In this document: positions 24,101 to 36,100 of the stretch, piece by piece
Layout of the letters: each line of letters begins with the position of its first letter
How positions within the stretch are numbered: the stretch's first letter is position 1
Assembly: GCF_009834535.1 (NCBI RefSeq)
Contig: NC_045707.1
Coordinates: 60,328,001-60,392,000, forward strand
From: Camelus ferus
Lineage: Eukaryota
DNA length: 64,000 nucleotides
Direction: 5' to 3'
The notes under the pieces: generated by a model
Seen by the model: the letters and a program-made list of their open reading frames with translations, nothing else
Database searches by the model: none
What the model was told of the DNA's origin: nothing
Position numbers and translations under genes: made by a program

Positions 24101-27100
24101 ACGGCTTCACGCCTGGGCTGCCCACACGACCTCACTCAAAGCCCGTCTAGTGGCAGTTCACTTGGTACTGGGTGTGTGTGGACTGTCAGTCACCAACAGA
24201 GTTCCCAGGTCAGATTGACAGCCCCGTGCTGATGCCTACTTGTGGGCCTTTCGGGAAAATTTACTTGGAAAGAGTGTGTCTTTTCCAAGGGTTCTATTTT
24301 TTAAATTACATATTGGAGTAGATGACTTAGAGAAGAACCCCATTAGCACAAAATGCTGATTAGAAAGATAGCCAACCTGCTTTCACTGGAGCAGATTTTT
24401 GTTTTTCGTTTATATCACATTGCTCTTCCCCTCTCAGCTCAGTCATGCTGTTTCTCCTTCAACCTCTGATCTTCATTCTCCCCCTGCTCCTCATTGCTAA
24501 GATGATAAAGAGCAAGTATCCCCCACATTTCACGTGCAAATGTTAAGAAACAGGAGTGGAATAACTGGCTTGGTTTCCACTCCATTGACGGCCTTTTAAT
24601 TCCACCCCGTGAACCAGCTCTCCTAATAACCAGAGGAGACAGTCATCTACCAGGGATGGTTTGCCATCTGTGGCAACACACATCTCGTCCGTGTCTCCTA
24701 TTTCCTTATTGTTTATTTCTTCGCTTATTTCTGAAAAGCAGTGGAAGAGGTGGGCACTACTAGGTAGATAGACTCGGGTGCATTCTAGCTTTTGTGGGCT
24801 CAGAGAAACCAAATTGGGGTCCTTGCCTTGGAGGGAACAGTTGATGTTCTGGAAAAAGTTCCTGATCCCTACCCTACCCTTTTATCCTTCAACTTTAATC
24901 TTTTCCAAAAGTTGCTTCAGGAAAACTATCTCATCGATTCAAGTCTAAGAAGTATGAGTATAAGGCATTTCAGGACATATACCTACTATCGAGTAATTTT
25001 ATGACCCACAAGAAAATCCGTCTTCTTTCTTTCTGAACCATCCTTTTGGGATGTTTGTCCAGTAGGCTTCTGCTGATCCCTGAAACAAGAGTCACCTTTC
25101 TGCCTGCTGGTAGAGTTAGGTGGTTCTGGCAAATGTTAAGAACAGTCTTTCTTGGGGTAAATTACATGTTTGATGCTTTGATTTCATTCCCTTTGTAGCA
25201 TCTGCAAACAGTAGAAAGGACAAATCTCTTAGAATCATGAGCCAGAAGTTTGTCATGCTCTTCCTAGTCTCCAAAACGAAGATTGTTACTCTTGATGTGG
25301 CTGCCAAAATACTGATAGAGGAAAGCCAAGATACGCCGGACCACAGTAAATTTAAAAGTAAGCATCTTCACCTAAATCCATTTATCCGCACAGCAAGGGT
25401 GGAATTTCCCAGTTCGCTATTTTCTGCCTCTGAGATTGAAAAAATCACTTTTTTTTGAGAAGTGCACTCCTTCCTACCTTCACAAGGGTTCCTGGAGCTG
25501 TGACAGGTAAGGCAGTCACATACTAGGATTCCTGTGAAAGTTTTGTGCGACGCCATTTCCTTGGCAGAGTGGATGGTGGATGCAGAACAGCGTCCCACGC
25601 ACGCAGGTCAGGGAGGGTGTGCGAGGCTTTGCATTTCTCGTTAGTGTCACTGCATCCAAGACGGAATGTCTGAGTTTTCTTTCCCTTTTTTCCCTGCCCC
25701 CTGCATACTCTTCTGATGGGTGGACATGAAAGTTGTCTACAGGTAAGAACCAGAGGAATGCGCAGGGTAGGGTAGGGGTGGTGGGTCGCGGTTGCCGGAC
25801 AAGGAGACTGCAAGTTTCATTCACACCCAGTGCATCTTCCTTTTCCATCAAGCCTGGGTCCTGAGCCAGGGGCCCTTGGCTGCTGGTAGCTCTTTCAAGC
25901 CCTGGGAAACCATCAGCTCAACATTCTCTAGCCTTTTTTTTGTTAGTTTCCAGCTAGCAGTGTAGCTGCTCTGTGGGAGAAATGACTGGGTAAAATCCAG
26001 CTGTATCAGGATTGGAAAAAATATTGCATGTGGGGTGAATGCTTCATGTTTCTGGATGAGACTCAAAGCCTTTTGCTTGATCTTAGCCCTGAGTTCAAGT
26101 TGGTATCCTACCTGTAAATTGATTTCTTGAATAGAAATTACTCTGTGGGTACCATCATGCCCATTTAATGTGTGACCAAACCTCTGGATTTCTCCTCCAA
26201 TACATGCATGTTCAAATGTCTCTCCCCAAACATTTCAGGCTCAGGGAGTGCCCATCCCATCCCTTCCCCACTGGATGGTCCGAACACCAGGATTAAGGGG
26301 AAGGCGCTGTCTGTCTTTAGCACAGTCCTACCTTGTAACCTTGAGCCCTAGACAGACTGTGTGCCCAGCAGTGCAGCCTTGCAGGAAGCTCTGGGGAATC
26401 CCTGTCATTTTCACAGCCCAGCTGCCTGGAGAAGCTGGTGCCATCTCCTCCTGCTGGGAGAAACTCAGAGCAGCTTCTGACGTGCCACAGATCAGAAAGA
26501 TATTTCCTAAGCCTTTAATTACAGCCCATTTCCCTCCCTCGGTGTTTTTGCAATCACAGCCTTCCCTGCGTGTCACCAGGTGCCTCTTGCAAGAAGTGTG
26601 AAGTTGTGGAAATGGAAGGACACACTGACCTTCCCTGAGTAGTGTCATCAGACACATAAATCCCTGGTGATTTCACGCCAGATCCATTGGTTTCCTCATC
26701 CGACACCCCTGCTTCCTGCTGGAGGTTTATGTGGTGGCTGAGAAAAGTGACCCGTCACAGAAACTAAAACGTAATGGTGTCGCGGACCAATCGATGTATA
26801 GTGTGACCACAATTGTTTTTGTGTCTTCAAGCAAAGGTACGACGCCTCTATGACATAGCCAACGTTCTGACCAGCTTGGCTCTGATAAAGAAAGTGCACG
26901 TAACAGAAGAGCGAGGCCGTAAACCCGCCTTCAAGTGGATCGGACCTGTGGACTTCAGCTCCAGCGGTAAGGCATGGCTTTGCTTGGGACCATTTTGTTT
27001 ATAATCCCCAGGTCCTTTTCCACGTCACACATCTATACTACACAGTGAGTCTGATCTTCCCCTTCACTTCCCATCACCCACGTCACATCCAACATTAGAC

Positions 27101-30100
27101 TCATGACATCACTCTTGGAACAACGAGACTTAGTCTGCAAATGCTTACGCTGGTCCAGTCACATACAGTAGGAAGGGAAATCCTGAGAGCTTAGAACCTG
27201 GCAGTTTCTGTAACTACTAAATCATAGCTCTTTCGCATTTTTTATTTTATTCCAAAGTTCCTGGAAGTTTGGGACTGAGGATTAAACATGACACTTCGGA
27301 TGAACTCTGGTTGTTTCTGCATTAGCAGAATAAAACATTGTTTTTCCTTGAAATTCCAGGTAATGTAAAAATTATACCAGTTAGCATCACAAAACTAACA
27401 TGTGGTAAGAGGGCGTCTAAATATAGTGTGGCCGTAAAGAGCACCTTTTTGCGATTTATTTAAAAGGTTGCAAATGTCATAATTTCACAAAGCCAGAGCA
27501 AACAGGGTATTATCTCCTGCTTCTTTCACAGGTAATATGTGAGCAGTTGGGACTGAATCCTTCTGCTGCCGACTGCTTTACATATAGCTATGCTGCCTGG
27601 AAAAAAAGCCATTAAAGTGATTTTTAAATTACCCTTCCAATTTTAGTCTTAGTAGTATAAATTCCTGCCACTTAACCCAGGCTTATAAAAGATACAGTTC
27701 TCCACCTCGCTTGTAACACATTATTCACTTAGGATCTAGATGAAACCACTAATAACCAAGTGTAATTAATTCAACCCAGCAGGTACTTACTGCATGGACT
27801 ATGTGTGATTACTATGCAGACATACTTGGTTTTATTGCACTTTGCAGATAATGAGTTTTTTACAAACTGAACATTTTGGCAACCCTGTGTTGTCAGATTA
27901 CGCTTAGCGTTTTTTTTTAAGCAATAAAGTGTTTTTAAGGTATGTGCATTGTTTGTTTAGATACAATGCTATTGCACACTACAATACAGTGTAAACATAA
28001 CGTTTATATGTACTGGGAAACCAAAAAATTCGTGCAACTCGCTTCATTGCAGTGGTCTGGAACCAAACCTGCAATCTCTCTGAGGTCTGCCTATTCTCAT
28101 GCCGTGAGAGATTCAAAGATGGCACACATTTGAAAATCAGAGAACTACTGAACACTGCACATGGTAGTACTGACTCTGTAGAAGTTCAGAGAAGAAATGG
28201 GTTAAGTGCTGATGGACTATTACGTTTTGGAGGAATGGGGAGGTTTTTGGTGGAAGGAACAGATACCTGAGAACATATCTGGTTTGTGTTGGAGAAAACA
28301 GCCACCCTGATTTAAGTGGAGGGCATAGGATAGGAATAATGAGAAATAAAATGTGATCACTTGGGACCACATTTTGGAAGTCCTCAAAAATTAAGCCCAG
28401 GAATTTGTAGCAGATGTAACAGGCACAAGCGACGAGGGGTCTTTAGATAAAAAGACTGAAAAAGAGGAGGAATTCAAAGGTGGTGGTATCGTCAAGGAGA
28501 ATAAGATAATCAGAGGAATGAGCTGGCGTTGAGGAGCCATAACCAGTCTTTGGAAGAAGACGTTGTTCCACTGTCTTAAATCTTGCATTCTTTCTGACAA
28601 AGAATCTGTTGTTATCCTGTTCTTCTATATGTAATGTGTCTTTTTTCTCTGGTTACTTTCAATATTTTCTTTAAGACTGATTTTTAAAAAGCAATTTGAT
28701 TATGTTAGCCTTGTTACAGTTTTCTTAATCTCATTTACTTGGTTTTGTTGAGCTTCTTGGATCTATGGATTTAAAATTTTCATCAGATTTGGCAAATCTT
28801 CAGTCATTATTTCTTCTGTCCCCTCCTGTCCTTTGGAGACCCTGGTTGCTTGGCTGCTTGACGTGGTCGCACAGCTCACTGACGTTTTGTTCATTTGTCT
28901 CTTTTTCTCTTAATGTATCCTTCTGGATAGGGTTTATTGCTCTTTCTTCAAGTTCACAATTTTTTTTTTTGCAGCCATGAATTTTTTCCCTAATCTGCCA
29001 TGAATTTCATCCACTGTGTTTTTCCATCTCCAACATTGTAGTTTTTATTGCTAGAAGTTTGACTTGAGTCTTTAGTTATGATGTCTTGACCTAACATGTT
29101 CAGTTTGTTGAATTTATAGAAGGTACTTATAACATCTATTTGAATGTGTGCTTGTCTACTAATTCTGTCATCTGTGTGTTACTTTTGGGTCCACTTCAGT
29201 TGATTTTTTTACTCCTCGTCATGGTTATATTTCCCTGCTTCTTTGTGTGTAAGGTAATCTTTAATTGTATGCCGGACACTGCGAATTATAAATTGTTAGG
29301 TGCTAGATAATTCTCTTTTCCTAAAAATGTTCTTGAGCTTTGTTCTGGGATGCAACAAAGTTCCTTGGAAACAGGTCTTGCTTTTAAGCTTTTGCAGGCA
29401 GGATGCTATCATACTTAGCCTTGAGTACATTGTCTCCCCTACTGAGGCAACACCCTTTTCAGCCTTCTAACCAGTGACCCGTGAGTTATGACATTTTTCC
29501 ACTCTGACTGTCGGCAGTAGGCACTATTCTCAGCCCTGTCTGAGCTGCAGACACTTTCCTCCTCCTCCTTGTGAGGGCTCCTTCCCTGGCCTTGGGCAGT
29601 GTCCTCACATGCATGAGTACTCCACTGAATACAGTCAGCCCTCCACATCTGTGGGTTCCACATATGGGGACTCAGCCCACCATGGATCAAAAATATTCAG
29701 TTCAGAAAATTTCAGATAGTTCCAAAAAGCATAAGTTAAATTTGCTGCACACCAGCAACTATTTACATAACATTTACATTGTATTAGTTATTGTAAATAA
29801 TCTAGAGATGTTTTAGAGGATGTACATAGATTACATGAAAATACTGTGCCATTTTATATAAGGATCTTGAGCATCTGCAGATTTTGGTACCCATGGGGGG
29901 ACCTGAAACCAATCTGCTGTGTATCAAGGGACAACTGTACTCAAGGGGGGAGACCCTCTGCAGACGTCCAGCGTGCTTTCTGTGTGACTGCTCTTTGGTA
30001 TTGCGCCCTTCAAACTCTAGCTGCCTTGGCTTTCCTGGACTCCCAGCTCCTGCCTCAACTTATGAAGACTTCTAGGCTCTGCCTAGGTCTCCCTCTCTGT

Positions 30101-33100
30101 CCCCTAACCTGAAAACATTTTCTAGGCAGGAAGCCGGGGCAATCACAGAGCTCTCCTCGTTTGATTCCTGTCTCTGAGGGATCCCTGTCCTTCAGGTCTT
30201 GGTGTCCAGTGTCCTGAGAGCCATTGCTTTATATATTTTGTCCAGTATTTTATTTGTTTCAGGAAAGAGGCTAAATACGATCCCTATCACTGTCTTGACC
30301 CATCTTCTTCTTTTTGATTCTATACGTTCCAATTTTCCAAACAGAGCAGTTGTTAGGTTTTTTTGTTATAAGGAAAAGAAAACCATAAAGATGATTTTCT
30401 TTTTCAATTTTTCTGTATTTTAGAAAGTGTAAGTCTAGCTAGCTAGGCCTTTCATGCTTTGAACTTAGGGAAAAAAATAGCACAGATGAGCAGGGTAGGA
30501 ATAACTATCTGAGCAATGGGGACTATTTCTCTATTAGAAATATAGACCTGGTTCTATATACGAATTTCTGTCCTGATTTCACACAGGCTCGTTTAGGCAT
30601 AAAATGGGCCTCCAAGGCCCAGCCTCCTATTATCCTCATTGTTTCACATGAGGTTTCTGCTGACTTTATTCCTTTGGTCACTTAGCTCAGCCTCCTACTG
30701 CATAACAAAGAAATATTAAACCATAATAATAGAAAATAGAGATTCTTACTCTCATCGCCCTAGAGCTGCAGTGTAAGAGGCTGATCTCAATTAATGTGAA
30801 AATCTCTACATATGCACGTTGGGCTGAGTATGGCTGGGTTTTTCCTTTGATATCTCTGCCCAATGAAAGCATCTGAAATGTCAGGTCCATTCTAATTTGG
30901 GTTGAAGAACATCTTGTTCTACTTCTGTCGAAGTTTAGATAATTTTAGAATATGTACGGATGCAATTTACTTTAAAGTCACCCATTCCACTTTAAAAAAA
31001 AAATTAGTACCTCAAAAGAAATTGGGGTTTGAGACAAGGCTTATAAAATTCCTTTGATTTGTCTTAGTTTTTAATGTATACGGTAGATCCCCTACAATTA
31101 TAGGTTCTCAAAGCCATATCTGAAAAAGGCTAAAATTACCCTGAATTATAGGTATATAACAACACTACCAGTTCTCTTATTTATTTAGATGAAGAACTAG
31201 TGGATGTTTCTGCGTCCGTCCTACCAGAATTGAAAAGAGAAACATATGGCCACATTCAGTTCTGTGCAAAACAGAAGCTCGCTCGGCATGGTTCTTTTAA
31301 CTCAGTTCAGGCTTCTGAGAAGATCCAGAGGAAAGTGAACTCAGAGCCCAGCAGCCCTTACAGAGAAAAACAAGGTACCTGCCTCTACTCAATCCATGGA
31401 ACCCATCAGTCACTATGTAACTGCAGCCCTCTCCATGCACTGGCATTTTGAAATGAGCTGACTCTAGACTCTGCCTGTTTTGTTATTGTTTTTTGGGTTT
31501 TTTTTTCACTTACCTAAAGTGAAATGATTTGGGACGGGTAAAAGAGTTGGTGACTTCACGGGGTGTAAACATGGCCCCATGCCTGAAATTGATCATAGTC
31601 GGCCTTGAGGGTTGAAGATCAATTGGTTTGCCATCGTTGGCCTGTCTGATGCATCTCAGAAATTCATCAGACATACAAAGCAATACTTGTTTTGTTTTGT
31701 TTTCTTACTCATTCTTGATGAGACCTGAATTCACCATGAAGAGCTAACTTCTGGGCGTGTCTCTCTTTGAATCAAAACCAGAATGGAGCTGAGGTAGTCT
31801 TATAATCCCTCAGCTGTGAATAATGAACCCCGCTGTGTATAACTGGTGTGGTTAAGTCCCTTGCTGTATTTGTCAGACTTTCATTTGCCTTTTTAGGACC
31901 AGGGGGCTACTCCTTAGAGATTGGAAGTCTGGCAGCTGTCTACAGGCAGAAAATAGGAGATAAGTCACAGTAAGTAGTCTTTTTAAAACACCAAGTGTGC
32001 TTTTTTCTATTTCCTAGTCTTAACTTTGACTAAACTGAAATGCCACCCATCAAAAAGTAAAATGTAGTGGTCTTGCCCAAGTCGGCCGTTTGTTTATAAA
32101 GAATTTTGTAAGTTCCCCCCTTATGCTCCACACTGTGCAGAATTTGGCATCAGGGACACAAAAGTATGAAAAATGTATCCCCTAGGCAATGAAAGCTTAC
32201 AAAGAAAAAATAAAAAGACAAATACACTGAGGAAAGGCAGTTCACTGATGTGACGCTGAGAAATGGTGCATCATAGTCCCACGAAGCGCTTTGTCATCCT
32301 CGTAGCTAACTTTGTTTATGAACTACCAGGCACTGTTCCGAAAGTTCTACATGTATCTCATCTAATCATAACAGCCTTTTGAGGTTGGCCCTCTTGTCCT
32401 CATTTTACAGAGAGGAAACTGAAACCCAGAGAGGTTAAGTAACTGGCCCAAGGTCACAATGCTCATCAGTGACAGACTGAGATTTAAACCTAGGCTGTCT
32501 GAGTCACATTTGGGGTTTGATTTTGAAGGAAATCAAATTATCAGAGGAAGTGCTAAAGAGAACAGGAGAGGTTTATAATGACAGATGTGGGAAGAAGCAG
32601 GTTGTTGGGTCAGGGAGTATGTGGGAAATTGGCTGGCAAGTTTAGCCATAAAGATTTGTCCAAATAGGATAGTGCAAGGAAATAGTTATAAGAAGAGCTT
32701 GGGGTGTTGGGGGTAAGTAGGTCAAGCTGGCAAAAGGCTTTGAAAGCCAGGGAAGGGGGTAGGGTATAGCTCAAGTGGTAGAGCGCATGCTTAGCATGCA
32801 CGAGGTCCTGGGTTCGATCCCCAGTACTTCCTCTGAATAAAAATAAATAAGTAAACCTAATTACCTCCCCCTCATAAAACAAAGAAACAAATGAACAAAC
32901 AAAGCAAAACATGAAAGCCAGGAAGAAGAGTTTGGATTTTTCAGACGCACGGTAGAGAGCTATCATAGGTTCACTGGAGGAGACTGTGGCTACTTTAAGC
33001 AGGTGGAATTGGAAGTCGAGAAGGGCTCCCAGATCAGGAGATCACAGAACATTCACAGTCTAAGCCATGTCCACTGAAGATGGAAAGAGATGAGGATCAG

Positions 33101-36100
33101 CGTAAGACTCACCGAAGTAGAAAGAGGCATCACCAAGAGCCCCTGGGTCTCAGGTGATGGTGATCTTATTGGTGGAGACGGGGAGGTTGAAGGTGAGGGG
33201 CCAGAGGGCAGGGGGTGGGCGCTACAGTCAGTGCGGGCACGTGGTTTCACAGAGCTGAGTGACGGCGCCTACTCATCCAGGGAGCCTGTGGTTGGAGAGA
33301 TTTACTCATCTCTGCAGCCCCGTGCACTCCATTTACTCCCCACAGTGAGGGGACGAAACTGTGGGTAAAATTGCTCTCAGTGATTCCATCACAAAGGTTG
33401 AGAGAGATCCCTGACCTCTTTACTGATTCTCAAAGGACTCTTAAAGGATTTTCCTCATCAATTCCAGAAATATACTAAAAATAGAAACATGTTCTCTAGT
33501 ATTTGGAAATGTTTCTATATAAAAGGCCCAGACATTGTTTATCTTGTATATTGATGGGACTTAATTTTGAACATGTGCTACATACAAATTCTGTAGTAAT
33601 ACGGAGCAGAATGGGACAGAATGACAGAAAATAATTTTGTGGATAAATTGATTTCCTCACACACTGCCCACTTCATTTATCTCACAGTGGAGTTGAGACA
33701 AACTATATGTGTCCTTTAAACTGAAGTTTGGTCCAGTCTGTTATGAGCCAGGGCCTCTCACGGCGGCTGGGTGACCTTCTGTAGGTTGAGTAGCCTCGGA
33801 GCTTCAGTTTTCCTCCCAGCTGGGGGGAGCAAGCGTTATCATAATAATTACGTAAAATCACTGCAATATTATGCCAGTCATTATAGCATCTCTGTGCCTG
33901 GGAAGGGGTGCCTGCTGGGTGACATGACAATGGTTGGCTGTGGAAGGGACCGAGGAGGAGCCAGTATTAGCCCGCATCTGAGATACCCCTACCCCATCCC
34001 TAACCACCCATTCAGATGGCATGGTCGCCTCCCTCTGGGATTGGCTAACAGATGCTCAGGAGTGTGCTTTACTGTCGGCCTGAGCTGTCTGCTCTCACCC
34101 CTGCCTTGGTACATCTCTAGGAAAGCAGAGAAGAGTTGGTAGAAGGTGGTATCTTTTATTACAGGGGAGAAGCTCTTGCCAGTCAGAGAGTGATGCCTCC
34201 ATCAAGCTGCCTGGACACCTCCGCTCCTTTCCCCGGCCTCTCTGTTGACTCCGCATACCGTGTTAACCCTCTCGGCCACCAAGTAGTTTCTGTGGCTCCA
34301 ATGGACATGCAGGCCTTCTCCGCACAGAATGGTGTCAGTGGACAAGGAGGGCTCCCCCTGGCTTCTGCGGCCTCAGATGCGGACAGCTTGAAGCCGGCCC
34401 TGCTGTCCGGCCAGCCCTTGGTGTACGTGCCCTCCCCCTCGCTGTTCATGCTGTGCGGGAGCCTGCAGGAGGGACCGTCCCCGGGACCGGGGGCAGAGAG
34501 AGACAGCAGAGGCCCGGAAGTCACAGTGGCGGAGCAGTCCACCCCACCCTCGGTTCAGAAGCGCCTCGGCGAGGAGAGGAAGCCCCAGGAGGAGGAGGAA
34601 CCGGCCACGAAGAGACAAAGTAGGGACTGCGAGGACGGCCCCTTCTCCCTCGTCATGTCCAAGGTAGGGGAGCTTGGGCGGATGTGCTCACGGATGTCCA
34701 TGAGCCCAGACTTCCTCCCTAAGAAACACACACAGGTCGACCAGTACGTCTCAGAAAGCAGAAGCACTGTCGTTACAGCCGTTTGGAGAGGTCGGCAAGG
34801 CACACTTCATGGAACCCAGTCCATGAATTAGGACCCTCCCTCCTCTGTTCCTTTCTCTTGCCGGAATGAATGTTTCTAATTCTGTATATAGCCTGGGGTC
34901 ACAGAACAGCAGGGAAAGACTATAGTCCAGGACTTGCTTGCTCCAAAAATCCCACCATAAAGTAGTACTGTCATAAAAGTGATTTTTATAAAAGTCACAC
35001 TTTGCATGAAGTGCTAAAAAATATAAAGACAAACAAAACAGACAAACATAATCCCAGCAGAGAGGCAATCACAGTTAACATGTTTGTATGTTCTTCCCCC
35101 GTCTTTATTGCTATACTGTTTTTTTTTTTTAACATGTTGATGACATAGTCATGCTAATCCAGGGAGCACCTCGGTTCCAGAGTCAGGCATGCTGGTGCCA
35201 TTTGACAGCTCTCGGGTCTGCTCAGAGGGCCCATTTCCCCAACTACGAAATAAAAAGAACAAAAATCTGGCTTTTCTGTGTCTCCGCTTAGTAGCCATTC
35301 GGAGGTTAATGAGACATGACCAGTAAAAGTCTCAGAAAGCAGAAGCACTGTCGTTACAGCCATTTGGAGAGGGTCAGCAAGGCACATGGAACTCAGTCCA
35401 TTAATTAGGACCCTTCCTCCTCTGTTCTTTTCTCTTGCCAGAATGAATTTTTCTAATTTTGTATATAGCCTGGGGTCACAGAACAGAAGGGAACGACTGA
35501 CTGGTATACCTATATATATATATATATATGTGTCTCAGATAACCAAAACTCCTAAAAGCCTGTAGCATCAAAGCCCTTTATATGGTCTAGCTCAGAAATT
35601 TATTTCCCAGTCTTAACACCATGGCCAGTTTTCCATCATCAAAATCTCCATAAAATTTCTATGCCTGAGAATCATAAGCCTGCAGAAGCATATGACATGA
35701 CACTGACCTTCAGACCATCCCTATAATGTGACAGGAACAAGTGACATATACAAGTCAGGGTGGCGCACAGCTGTGTCTGACCTTTTTGTGTGTGTGTGAG
35801 CTATTTTGAGAGAGCTGTTACTGCAATTTCCTGCCAGGATTTTGACTTGCCTTTCTTCTGGCCCCTGGTTGGGTTGTGCATAGAAACCCTCCGATTCCAC
35901 AGACGTGGCCGCTCCCAAGGCTGTGGGTAACAGGGGATCCGCACCCCACGAAGACATTCACGTGGATGGCCAACTTCCTGCTGCAAAGGAGGTTTCGGGA
36001 AAGGCTACCGCACCCTGCCTCATTTCTTCTGAGTGGGGAAATACTTCAAGAAATACAGAGATCGAAAAGCCTGTGAAAGAAAACGAAAGCGCCAAAGAGC

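Noticed and set aside
23958..24232. In-frame ORF extensions past exon donors (also 34664-34831, 19605-19702)
   Set aside because: E2F7 similarity stops at canonical GT donors; nothing supports intron retention.
32756..32832. tRNA-Ala(AGC)-like sequence (and five similar copies)
   Set aside because: Followed by a SINE tail and A-rich stretch and flanked by TSDs; these are SINE heads, not tRNA genes.
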